DNA of 64,000 nucleotides from Verrucomicrobiia bacterium. Lineage in GTDB: Bacteria > Verrucomicrobiota > Verrucomicrobiia > Limisphaerales > UBA1319. Below the pieces are notes generated by a model, which saw nothing but the letters and a program-made list of their open reading frames with translations, was not told the origin of the DNA and ran no database searches. Below, piece by piece: positions 46,886-55,330 of this stretch (position 1 is the stretch's first letter; every line of letters starts with the position of its first letter). The DNA lies in assembly GCA_963664225.1 (NCBI GenBank), contig OY760937.1, positions 1,344,001 through 1,408,000 on the forward strand, read 5' to 3'. A program made the translations under genes and the position numbers.

Positions 46886-47986
46886 CTACATGATCATGTT
46901 GAATAGATAGCCCACCAAAAGGATTCCCAGCGCCACAACGCCGAAGAAGGTCGCGATAAGCCGGGGCTTGAGCACCTTGCGGAGGATAATGGCCTCGGGC
47001 AGGGAGAGTGCTATGACGGACATCATGAACGCCAGGACTGTGCCCAGAGCGGCGCCTTTGCCGAGCAACGCCTGCACAATCGGGATGATGCCCGCCGCGT
47101 TGGAATACATCGGGACCCCAATGACCACTGCCAGTGGCACGGACCACCACGCGCCTTTACCCATGATGGAGGCCATGAAATTCTCTGGCACGTAACCGTG
47201 AATGCCCGCGCCGACGCCGATGCCAATCAGCACATAGAGCCAAACGCGTCCAACAATGTCCTTCACCGCGTCCAGGCCGGAACGGATGCGGGCTGACCAG
47301 TCGAGCGATTCTTCAGCGGCTCCATTGCCGAGTGGAGTCTGGTAAACCCAATCCTCGACGTGCTTCTCCATGTGCAAACGGCCAATAACCCAACCGGAAA
47401 CGATGGCGATGATGAGGCCGGTGCTGAGGTAAAGGGCTGCCACTTTCCAGCCAAACAATCCGAACAATAGAACCAGGGCGACTTCGTTGACCATCGGTGC
47501 GGAGACCAGAAAGGAGAACGTTACTCCCAAGGGGACCCCAGTTGTGACGAAGCCGATGAACAAAGGGACGGCCGAGCAGGAACAGAAAGGGGTGACGATG
47601 CCCAGTAGCGCCGCGAGCACATTGCCGACAGACTCGCGTTTGCCGAAGAGAATCCGGCGTGTCCGCTCCGGTGTGAAGAAAGAGCGGACGATGCCCACGC
47701 CGAATACGACCAGGGTGAGCAGCATGAGGACCTTGGGGGATTCATAGATAAAGAACTCCACGGATGAACCCAGGTGCGAACCTTTCGTCAGCCCGAATAG
47801 CGCATAGGTGAACCAGGACGCAAGCGACGCCAGACTTCGGTAGAGGAACCACCAAACCAGAAGCACGACAAAGCCCAACACGATATAGCGAAGGAGCGTC
47901 TGCTTGGGAACTGCCGGGGCGGGGCGGTCTGCCGACAGGTTCGTCGGCATGGGACTGGAGATTTGTTTGCGGCTCATCTCAGACAT
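46886..47986 (-). CDS. arsP: ArsP / DUF318 permease
   Basis: TPFCSCSAVPLF, GVTFSFL.SAPMVNE, GVPMYSNAAG and ALSLPE motifs. Confidence 0.85.
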   Translation of the reverse strand: MSEMSRKQISSPMPTNLSADRPAPAVPKQTLLRYIVLGFVVLLVWWFLYRSLASLASWFTYALFGLTKGSHLGSSVEFFIYESPKVLMLLTLVVFGVGIVRSFFTPERTRRILFGKRESVGNVLAALLGIVTPFCSCSAVPLFIGFVTTGVPLGVTFSFLVSAPMVNEVALVLLFGLFGWKVAALYLSTGLIIAIVSGWVIGRLHMEKHVEDWVYQTPLGNGAAEESLDWSARIRSGLDAVKDIVGRVWLYVLIGIGVGAGIHGYVPENFMASIMGKGAWWSVPLAVVIGVPMYSNAAGIIPIVQALLGKGAALGTVLAFMMSVIALSLPEAIILRKVLKPRLIATFFGVVALGILLVGYLFNMIM

Positions 47987-48020
47987 AATTACGGTCGTGA
48001 TTTGGAATTCACAGGTTGTC

Positions 48021-48719
48021 TCATGCCGCCGAGTAGATCAGCCAGATGCCGCCCAGAAGGACCAGAACGCCGCAGATGGATTTGATCACCGTGACGCCTT
48101 TGGATTGCTCGTTCCAATTGAGGAAGCGTTGGACGACTTCGGTGAAGGTTCCCGCGAGAATGATGACGGAACAATGCCCAATCCCGTAAGCGAGCAAAAG
48201 TGAGGCACCGTAAAGTGGCGCCGACCTGGCGAGTTTAAAAGTGACACCGAGCATCGGTGCCATGAAGGCGAAGGTGCAGGGCCCGAGCGCAATCCCGAAG
48301 ACGAGGCCGAGAATGAATGCGGCAAACAGGCCCTTGCGTTTCAAATTCACCTGGCCTGGGCCGGACCACGGCATCGGAATGACACCGAGCAGATTCAAGC
48401 CTACAACAAAGAAGATTGCCGCCACGAAGTAATTCCCCCAGTGCCCCACATCGCCCATCATCCGGCCCGCCATCGCCGTAATGGCTCCGATGGCCGCAAT
48501 CGTCATTAGAATCCCGACCGCAAACAGAGTCGCAATGCCCGAGGCGCGCGCTGTCGAGACGCGTCCTTGACCGCTGATGAACCCCACGATCAATGGAATG
48601 CTCGCCAGATGGCAGGGGCTGAGAATGATGCTGAGAATGCCCCAGACCACCGATGCGCCCAGCGCGAGCATGGGAGCGCCCTCGACGGCGTGACTGAGAC
48701 TTGTGAAGAGTTGCTCCAT
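48021..48719 (-). CDS. ccdA: CcdA / DsbD-beta transmembrane electron transporter
   Basis: Six TMs with LSPCHL and LGPCTF cysteines. Confidence 0.85.
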   Translation of the reverse strand: MEQLFTSLSHAVEGAPMLALGASVVWGILSIILSPCHLASIPLIVGFISGQGRVSTARASGIATLFAVGILMTIAAIGAITAMAGRMMGDVGHWGNYFVAAIFFVVGLNLLGVIPMPWSGPGQVNLKRKGLFAAFILGLVFGIALGPCTFAFMAPMLGVTFKLARSAPLYGASLLLAYGIGHCSVIILAGTFTEVVQRFLNWNEQSKGVTVIKSICGVLVLLGGIWLIYSAA

Positions 48720-48721
48720 GG

Positions 48722-48946
48722 CTATTGTGGGCGATTGGTGAGCGATTCGCTGGCAGCACTAAGAGCTTTCGCATTGGTGGCTGCGACTGTCAGCACAGAG
48801 TTGGTCGGCAGGGGCTCCAAGTTGAATAAGAGTGGACAACATGAGCCGCCGGCACATGCCGCGCGCTGTTCTTGCCGGGCCGTCAAGAGGGCTGCTGCCG
48901 CGATGAAAACAGTGCCGACGAGAAGTGTGCGGCGGTCGGGTTTCAT
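48722..48946 (-). CDS. Small exported peptide with CAGGSCC motif
   Basis: 74 aa with hydrophobic N-terminus; fills the 48719-48948 gap with 1-2 nt spacing on both sides. Confidence 0.55.
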   Translation of the reverse strand: MKPDRRTLLVGTVFIAAAALLTARQEQRAACAGGSCCPLLFNLEPLPTNSVLTVAATNAKALSAASESLTNRPQ

Positions 48947-48947
48947 A

Positions 48948-50234
48948 TTATTTGCACTCGCCAAGTTTGCAGGCCTTTGCAATTTGGTCGGGTGTGAGCT
49001 TCATTTTGTCTGCGAGCGCTTGGGCGATGGTGATTTGTCGGCCAGTCATTGCCGGGCGAGCCTCAAGCCACTTGTTAAGATTGTCCTCGTTAACGAAGAA
49101 TCCCTGTTTGAAGCAACCGGCTGAGACCCACTTGCCTTCCGGGGCTTTTTTCTGCCCAAACCATGCGATGGCGGATGCCGGTTCCAGCGATGCTACCTGG
49201 CCATCCAATGTTTTCACGCGAATCAGCTCGCCGGTCTGGCTATCCTTCGCCTCAACTTCGATGTCCTGCTTCAGTCGTGCGGCCACGCCAATTGCGCAGT
49301 GCGTGCAGCAGCCGTATCCGTGAGTGGTTCCAAATTTTACGCCACACGCGTCTTCGGGATATACAGCGCGGTCGCAAAAGGCGCAACGCGTGGTCAGTTC
49401 CTTGGAGCGAAACACTTCCCAAGCCAGGAGATTGCCTGGATTAGTCTGCTGTTCCTTTGTGGCCGCAGCTTTGTCAGCGAACGCTTTGATCGTGGGGCGA
49501 CCTTTAGCGTCCATGCCGTAGAGATAGAATGCGGTGGTGGCGGCTACGAGATTGCCACTAGCCCAATCGGTCACGCTCACTTTGGCCTCTTCAGCTTTAG
49601 GGTCCGCGCCCACGATGCTGGAGAAGTAGATGAAATAGCAATGCGGTGAGCACAGGACGCGCTGCTCGGCCTGTCCTTTCACGACCGTCCTTGTCTTCGG
49701 ATCCACATCGCCGTCACACATGTAACAGACTTGATCGCGCGGGCGAGTGTCGGGTTTCACGGCTTCCTCGCGCACGTTTCCGGCCGATGCATTGCCGTTG
49801 CTCAAGTCGATGCCCAGTTCCTTCCACTTGCCGAGGATATCTTCTTTGCCAAAGAAACCCGTGTGGCGGAACAGTTCCCTGCCTTCGGCATCGAAGAAGA
49901 TCTGCGTGGGAATCATTTCAATGCCGTATTGTTTGCCCGCATCCGGATTTTTCCATACGTCAAGGAACTCGATGTTCACTTTCCCGGCGTACTCTTTTTT
50001 CAACCCCTCCAAAATGGGAGCCATCATTTTGCACGGAATGCATTTGTCCGCGCCCAGGTCAATGAGCTTGGGCAGCTTCGCGGTAACGCCTGGTGTTGCG
50101 TTTGTTTCAGCAACAGCCACAGGGAGAGGGGCCTTGCTGGCTTCGGCAGGCGATTTGGCGTTCTTCAGAGTCACCGCTCCAACGACCGCGAGCGCCAGCG
50201 CCAGAACAATGACGATTTTGACGGGAGTATTCAT
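48948..50234 (-). CDS. Exported thioredoxin + NosL-like + MerB-like fusion protein
   Basis: Signal/anchor; DLGADKCIPCK...IPTQ; CYMC...CSPHC...VTDWASG...AFYLYG...AFAD..AA; CAFC...YGCCTHC...IEVEAKDSQTGELIRV...LEP..AIAW...AGCFKQGFF....L..W. Confidence 0.72.
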   Translation of the reverse strand: MNTPVKIVIVLALALAVVGAVTLKNAKSPAEASKAPLPVAVAETNATPGVTAKLPKLIDLGADKCIPCKMMAPILEGLKKEYAGKVNIEFLDVWKNPDAGKQYGIEMIPTQIFFDAEGRELFRHTGFFGKEDILGKWKELGIDLSNGNASAGNVREEAVKPDTRPRDQVCYMCDGDVDPKTRTVVKGQAEQRVLCSPHCYFIYFSSIVGADPKAEEAKVSVTDWASGNLVAATTAFYLYGMDAKGRPTIKAFADKAAATKEQQTNPGNLLAWEVFRSKELTTRCAFCDRAVYPEDACGVKFGTTHGYGCCTHCAIGVAARLKQDIEVEAKDSQTGELIRVKTLDGQVASLEPASAIAWFGQKKAPEGKWVSAGCFKQGFFVNEDNLNKWLEARPAMTGRQITIAQALADKMKLTPDQIAKACKLGECK

Positions 50235-50265
50235 AATGAGTGTTCGTTTGAGTTGATCAAATGGT

Positions 50266-51042
50266 TCATGGTTTGATCTTCTGGAATAACGCCGGGAGCT
50301 TCGTGCGATACATCTCCGCCACCTGCGATTCCATCTCGGCCAGGGGTTTCACAGGAACGAGGTCCATCACTTGAGCGGGTGTCAGACCGGATTCGAGCAA
50401 TGTACGCGTGGCGCCACAAACCATGCGCTTCATCGCGGGGACAATTTCAGCGTCGCTGAGCCCAAAACCCGTCGCCACTTCGCGCAGGGCCTGAAGCTGG
50501 AACCACAGATAGGTTGGCCCCATGGCTGTGAGCAACGCGTAGCCTTCGAGCTTTTGTTCCGCCACTTCCGGGCACTCGCCCAGCGGTGTGAGCAAAGCGG
50601 TGACTTCCGCCTTGTCTGCGGCCGTCAAGGATGGCGCGAAGGCCACCGGATTAAAACCGAAGTTGACCAGGGATGGCGCATTGGGAATGACGCGCGCCAG
50701 CCGAGTGAATCCACCGAGCAGTTCTGAAAGTCTGGCAAACGTGAACTTGGGCGCGAGCGATACCACCAGCGCGCCGGGTTTGATGCCGGACTTGATGCCG
50801 CCGGCCACCTCAGCCATCGCCGGTGGATGAACCGCCAGAAAAACGATGTCCTGGGAGGGGGCCGCGTGGCTGTCTGTGGCCGTGTTGATGGATGGGAAGT
50901 TCGCTTTGAGATTCGCGAGAGTGTCCGCGTTGCAGTCGCTCACCACGATATGGGCCGGGAGGGTGTTCGCCCTTCTCCAGCCTTCCAGAAGAATACTTGT
51001 GACACGCCCGCCGCCAATGAAACCAATGCTTTTATTGCTCAT
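50266..51042 (-). CDS. Pyrroline-5-carboxylate-reductase-like NAD(P)-binding oxidoreductase
   Basis: IGFIGGG, DIVFLAVHP, VVSLA, RVIPN and GPTY motifs. Confidence 0.75.
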   Translation of the reverse strand: MSNKSIGFIGGGRVTSILLEGWRRANTLPAHIVVSDCNADTLANLKANFPSINTATDSHAAPSQDIVFLAVHPPAMAEVAGGIKSGIKPGALVVSLAPKFTFARLSELLGGFTRLARVIPNAPSLVNFGFNPVAFAPSLTAADKAEVTALLTPLGECPEVAEQKLEGYALLTAMGPTYLWFQLQALREVATGFGLSDAEIVPAMKRMVCGATRTLLESGLTPAQVMDLVPVKPLAEMESQVAEMYRTKLPALFQKIKP

Positions 51043-51085
51043 GAAGGTCCTTTCAATTAAACGTTTCACGAATGATTTTGGAGGC

Positions 51086-51328
51086 TTACGCCGCCGCCTG
51101 TTGGAGAATCGCCTTGATCTCAGGGACGCTTGGCACCTTGCCAACGACCTTGATCGTGCCGTTAACCGCGAGGGCAGGGGTCATCATCACGCCCAGGGCC
51201 ATGATCTGCTTGAGATCGGTGACCTTGTTGATTTCAGCGGTGATGCCGAGTTCCTTGACGGCTTGCTCGGTGAATTGCGCCAGGGTTTTGCATTTGGCGC
51301 AGCCGGTTCCAATGACGAGTAATTGCAT
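51086..51328 (-). CDS. Small redox-active disulfide protein (MTH895-like)
   Basis: GTGCAKC and GVMMTPAL..G.VPS motifs. Confidence 0.88.
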   Translation of the reverse strand: MQLLVIGTGCAKCKTLAQFTEQAVKELGITAEINKVTDLKQIMALGVMMTPALAVNGTIKVVGKVPSVPEIKAILQQAAA

Positions 51329-51348
51329 AATAGGATTTTATTTTGAGA

Positions 51349-51777
51349 TTAGAATAATGCTTCGTAGAGCAGTCCGCTCAGCGTCGACATCACAATGACG
51401 AGCGACACATGGACCACCGTTTTCTTCGTGCCCAGGCGCCAGATACCTGCAAACAAAGGTAATACGGTGCAGGAGCAGACCGCCAGAATGGTGCCCGACA
51501 CCGACGCCACGCCGTAGGCCATGGGCTTGCTGGCCTTTGGGCCGAGATATTTCATGACTGAGGCCTGACTGACAAACACTCCAATGGCGCCGGCAATGAA
51601 AAAGGCGGGGACAAGGCACAAAATGACATGCTCGCGCGCATACCATTTCACTAATTCAAAGGCTTCGGTTATGGCGTTATCGAAACGTGGCACACCGACT
51701 GACAGATAAAAACACGCCAAAAACAAACCGACGATCAGGGACAGCGGCTTCCACTCGTCTTTCCAGTTCGTAGCCAT
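51349..51777 (-). pseudogene. DUF318/ArsP-type permease with large in-frame internal deletion
   Basis: N-terminus EHVILCLVPAFFIAG...AVCSCTVLPLFAGIWR is joined directly to the extreme C-terminus LGTKKT...; only 142 aa. Confidence 0.7.
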
Positions 51778-51817
51778 TTAGCGGAGTCGATAAATGAAAA
51801 TTCAAAAAAAAGAGAAA

Positions 51818-52147
51818 TCAGGCCAGCAGGGCAGCATCCCGATCGATGGAGGCTTTCCGCACCTCCGTAACGCAATGGAAGAATTTCATCACACACGGAG
51901 TTTTTAACTGGTAGAAAACCTGCGCACCGCGCTTGTCGTCTTCCACGATGCCAGCCGACTTGAGCACCGACAAATGCCGGGAGACGGTGGGCATTTCCAC
52001 TCCAATCATGGCCGTTAATTCACAGACGCATCGTTCCCCCCGAGAAAGTTCCTCAACAATAAAGAGGCGCGTCGGATGGGCGAGGGCCTTATGAACTTTT
52101 GCCTGGGCCTGATACCGTGCTTTGTCAATCGAAGTCATGCCATTCAT
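51818..52147 (-). CDS. arsR: ArsR/SmtB metalloregulator
   Basis: KALAHPTRL, ERCVCEL and VSRHLSVLK.AG motifs; extra PC..FF.C cysteines. Confidence 0.88.
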   Translation of the reverse strand: MNGMTSIDKARYQAQAKVHKALAHPTRLFIVEELSRGERCVCELTAMIGVEMPTVSRHLSVLKSAGIVEDDKRGAQVFYQLKTPCVMKFFHCVTEVRKASIDRDAALLA

Positions 52148-52154
52148 TCGTGAG

Positions 52155-52183
52155 CAATTTAGCATATCTGCTAAGTGTGTCAA
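52155..52183 (-). promoter_or_regulatory. Sigma70 promoter (TTGACA-N16-TAAATT) overlapped by a TTAGCA-N4-TGCTAA operator
   Basis: Palindrome at 52159-52174 lies in the spacer and overlaps the -10, just upstream of the arsR start. Confidence 0.65.
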
Positions 52184-52389
52184 ACTAAAAACGACAAATT
52201 GTTGAATATAGCGTCAATCTCGTCAGCCACGCCTTGAGTTTGGATTGGACTTTACTCCGAGCCACTTGAAAATCGATTTCATGATTTGACAGTGCTCACT
52301 CAATCCTGGCTCCGATCTACGCACCTATCCTTTGAATAGTGATCCAAATCGGGCGATCACGTCGAAAAGTTACTTCTCGATGCCACTTT

Positions 52390-52530
52390 GAACAATTGGT
52401 GGAAGGTGCCGTGGAGATTCTCCAGCTATTCGTTGATGCTTTTATCGGTGCGTTCCATCGCCGCCAGGCGGTTCGCGTTTCGCTGGAGAGGGATTCGGCT
52501 CACGCCCGAAAGAGCGAGACGGAGAAGCTC
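52390..52530 (-). pseudogene. Remnant of an F-type ATP synthase gamma-subunit C-terminus
   Basis: Manual translation VSLFRA*AESLSSE / NANRLAAMERTDKSINE*LENLHGTFHQL, with two stops and a frameshift. Confidence 0.6.
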
Positions 52531-52810
52531 AGTGAGCTTCCGAATTCACGCAAGTCTGGAAAGAGTGGAAACTCCCGGGGCCTTTTGCCTCAAATCAGGA
52601 TTCGACAATTGCATAATTTTCTCTGGGGCGGAACACTATAAGCCCTTTGGAAATCGTGTTGTCGTATCACCAAGACATGGCCCTGCAAAGAGTGGTATCG
52701 CTACCGACTGGGGCTGCTCCCCTTTCGAGGGATTGGCTTGCACATTTGCGCCTTGGTCCTATTTCCAGGAGCGTCCTGCGCTAGAACATAGGGCATTTCA
52801 GTGTCATTCA

Positions 52811-52834
52811 ACGGACACCAAAACGGACACCAAA
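52811..52834 (+). repeat. Tandem 12-bp repeat ACGGACACCAAA x2 (putative integrase arm sites)
   Basis: Perfect tandem copy about 95 bp inside the att core. Confidence 0.7.
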
Positions 52835-52928
52835 AGAGTTAAAACGGGTAGGGTAGGGTAGTGAGCGATTAGGCTTGAATAGCCCGTAAAATATGGCATT
52901 TTGACTCCGTAATTGTAGCGTTTTTGGA

Positions 52929-52950
52929 TCGAGTCCGACCACCGGCACCA
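52929..52950 (+). mobile_element. att site: duplicated tRNA 3' end, probably tRNA-Leu
   Basis: TCGAGTCCGACCACCGGCACCA is T-loop, T-stem, acceptor strand and CCA; the matching 5' tRNA half is absent upstream. Confidence 0.8.
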
Positions 52951-52964
52951 ACACCCAATTTTAT

Positions 52965-53693
52965 ATGAAATATATTCTAACCGTCGCTTTTGGCCTGCTG
53001 TTGGCAGCGGGATCCTTTGCCGCTGAAACACCAGTGGGAGAGGAAGGTTTTGTGAGCCTGTTCGATGGGAAAACCCTTGATGGCTGGAAAGTTGGGGTGA
53101 ACGCCAGCGTTTTCCAGGTCCGCGACGGCATGATCGTTATGGAGTGTCCAGCGACAATCCATAGCCCAGCACACTTGTTCTACGTTGGAAAAGTGAGCGA
53201 TCACAGCTTCAAAAACTTCGATCTTCGCATTGATGTAATGACCTTCCCTTTCGCAAATTCCGGAATTTATTTTCATACGGAATATCAGGAGTCCGAGTGG
53301 CCCAAGCGCGGACTGGAATGCCAGGTGAACAACAGTCACGCTGACTGGCGGCGGACCGGCAGCCTGTATTCCATCAAGAATATATCCTGGGGGCCGGAAA
53401 CGCCCTCTGCGGACAACAAGGAGATGGTTACGATTTTGCCAAAAGCGCCCATTAAGGATAATGTCTGGTACACTCAGGAGATTATTTACCAGAACGGCGC
53501 AGTCACTGTTAAACTCAATGGCGTGACCATGATCGAATACACGATTGCCGACAGCGATGTCCAACATAAGCTTCAAACTGGGATGACTTGGCTGCCGAGA
53601 GGGACATTCGCCCTTCAGGGACATCCTCCGATGCCGGACCATGCCAGCAAAGCGTGCTTCAAAAACATCCGCATCAAGATACTGCCCGACTGA
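52965..53693 (+). CDS. DUF1080 (3-keto-disaccharide hydrolase) family protein
   Basis: Signal peptide; LFDGKTLDGW, NSGIYF, ECQV, TGSLY, ALQGH and FKNIRIK motifs. Confidence 0.88.
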   Translation: MKYILTVAFGLLLAAGSFAAETPVGEEGFVSLFDGKTLDGWKVGVNASVFQVRDGMIVMECPATIHSPAHLFYVGKVSDHSFKNFDLRIDVMTFPFANSGIYFHTEYQESEWPKRGLECQVNNSHADWRRTGSLYSIKNISWGPETPSADNKEMVTILPKAPIKDNVWYTQEIIYQNGAVTVKLNGVTMIEYTIADSDVQHKLQTGMTWLPRGTFALQGHPPMPDHASKACFKNIRIKILPD

Positions 53694-53755
53694 TCGTCGA
53701 AAGGGCCATCAAAGATGGCTTTATTGGGGGGGGGATGATGGCTATCAGCGGTTGA

Positions 53756-54943
53756 TTACCGCTGCGCGGGTGATGGTGTGCGCCAGAGGTTTGGCAGCAG
53801 GTGTGCCAGATGATCGCGCCAGGTGCCCCAATCATGCCCGCCATCCCCGCCGATGTAATAATCGTGGTTGATCCGGTGCTTCTCCAGGATTTGATGAAAT
53901 AGCACGCTGCGATTCTTTGGCTCGTTTTCGAACGTGCCGAGGCCAACGAACAGGTAATCCACTTTGGCATTGGTCTCGGGATCCTGCAGAAACGCAGGTG
54001 TGGAATACTCAGAGTCAGGATCGCCTGCACTAAGAATGCCGAACGAGGCGAATAGATCCAGACACTTGAAGCCGACGAGTTGCGCGTGCCTGCCTCCCAT
54101 GGATAGGCCGGCGATTGCGCGACAGTGGCGGTTTGTTTGCACACTGTAATTCATCTCCACCAACGGCACGATGTGTCGGCGCAATTCGTCCTCAAAGAGT
54201 TGGAAAGTTCGTTCCGTGTGCGTTCGATCTGATCGATGAAGCACTTGGTTGTTTGGCATGGCGATCAGCATCGGCAGAGCTTTGCCTTCGGCGATCAGAT
54301 TATCGGCGATGAAGCCAGCGCGTCCATCCAGGTTCCATGTGGATGCAAGTTCTCCGCTGCCGCCCAGGAGATAAAGCACGGGGTATTGCTTGTTCCGGTC
54401 ATAACCAGGCGGCGTGTAAACATAGATTTCCCGTTCTCCACCGGTCACGTTTGAGTGATAGATGTGCCTCGAGACCGTCCCGTGAGGGACATTGCGCGCG
54501 TCGAAATAGCTGGGGCTGCCCCCGTGAACGACCAGAATGCTGTAGCCGGGTTGATCGGAAAACCCCGTCAGCGTGTTGTTGGGATCGGGCACCGTGACAC
54601 CGTCCAGGACAAACCTATAAACGTACATGTTCGGCTTCAGGGGGCCAATCGTCAGCGTCCAGATTCCGTTGGGATCCTTTTGGAAGGACAGCGGTTTGTT
54701 GTCCTGGTGGATGGCGAGTGAGATTGGGCCACTGGTCAACTCCACTTTTTGCGCCTGGGGTGCTTTGAGACGGAAGACAACGGTGTGGTCATCTCGCACC
54801 TCGGGTGAAATGACATTGGCGCCATAGGGGACCAGGTTCTGCGTATTCTTTTGTGGATTCCAATCCAGATTGACATGGGCCTGCTGGGCGTGAATAAGGA
54901 TTCCTCCTGTCAGACAAAGAATGACTATGGGGATCAATTTCAT
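53756..54943 (-). CDS. Exported esterase (CE1-like) with N-terminal CBM48/E-set domain
   Basis: FRLKAP.A..V, YTPPGY, YPVLYLL, GLSMGG and GGHDW motifs. Confidence 0.85.
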   Translation of the reverse strand: MKLIPIVILCLTGGILIHAQQAHVNLDWNPQKNTQNLVPYGANVISPEVRDDHTVVFRLKAPQAQKVELTSGPISLAIHQDNKPLSFQKDPNGIWTLTIGPLKPNMYVYRFVLDGVTVPDPNNTLTGFSDQPGYSILVVHGGSPSYFDARNVPHGTVSRHIYHSNVTGGEREIYVYTPPGYDRNKQYPVLYLLGGSGELASTWNLDGRAGFIADNLIAEGKALPMLIAMPNNQVLHRSDRTHTERTFQLFEDELRRHIVPLVEMNYSVQTNRHCRAIAGLSMGGRHAQLVGFKCLDLFASFGILSAGDPDSEYSTPAFLQDPETNAKVDYLFVGLGTFENEPKNRSVLFHQILEKHRINHDYYIGGDGGHDWGTWRDHLAHLLPNLWRTPSPAQR

Positions 54944-55330
54944 TTTAAACTGGAGTTTTCCTTATTGTTGAGTTTCCGGTTCGGTATAATTCATGATCGG
55001 CAGACACCGTTTCCGGGCTGAGAATTCTGCACCATTTCCGGCATCTTTCGATCAAGCTTGTGGCCATACCAATCTTCATACGGCACGTCCGCCCGCGACA
55101 AATCGAGGGCTCCGAATTTACTGGCACCTATAAAGTGGAATGACGGGATCAACTGCAAAGCCGACGCTCGGATTGAAGACAGGGGCGGCACAAAAGCCAG
55201 CGTCAAAAGCGTGATGTTCCTATTGGCACTTGCGCATTGCTGTGTGGTTTTTCGATTTGTGTATTGAGTGCTTGGAATATGCCGGAGACTCAACTCTGTC
55301 AGTTGTGCGATGAGCTGTTTATTTTGAGTT

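Noticed and set aside
43742..52183. Selenocysteine (in-frame TGA) versions of the redox or permease proteins
   Set aside because: The redox motifs inspected (CAKC, CIPC, CSC, SPC, GPC) are all Cys in open frames; no TGA at a conserved Cys position was noticed.
53726..53734. G9 homopolymer as a phase-variation switch
   Set aside because: It lies between convergent stop codons next to a GCCATC-AAA-GATGGC hairpin, not in a coding or promoter region.
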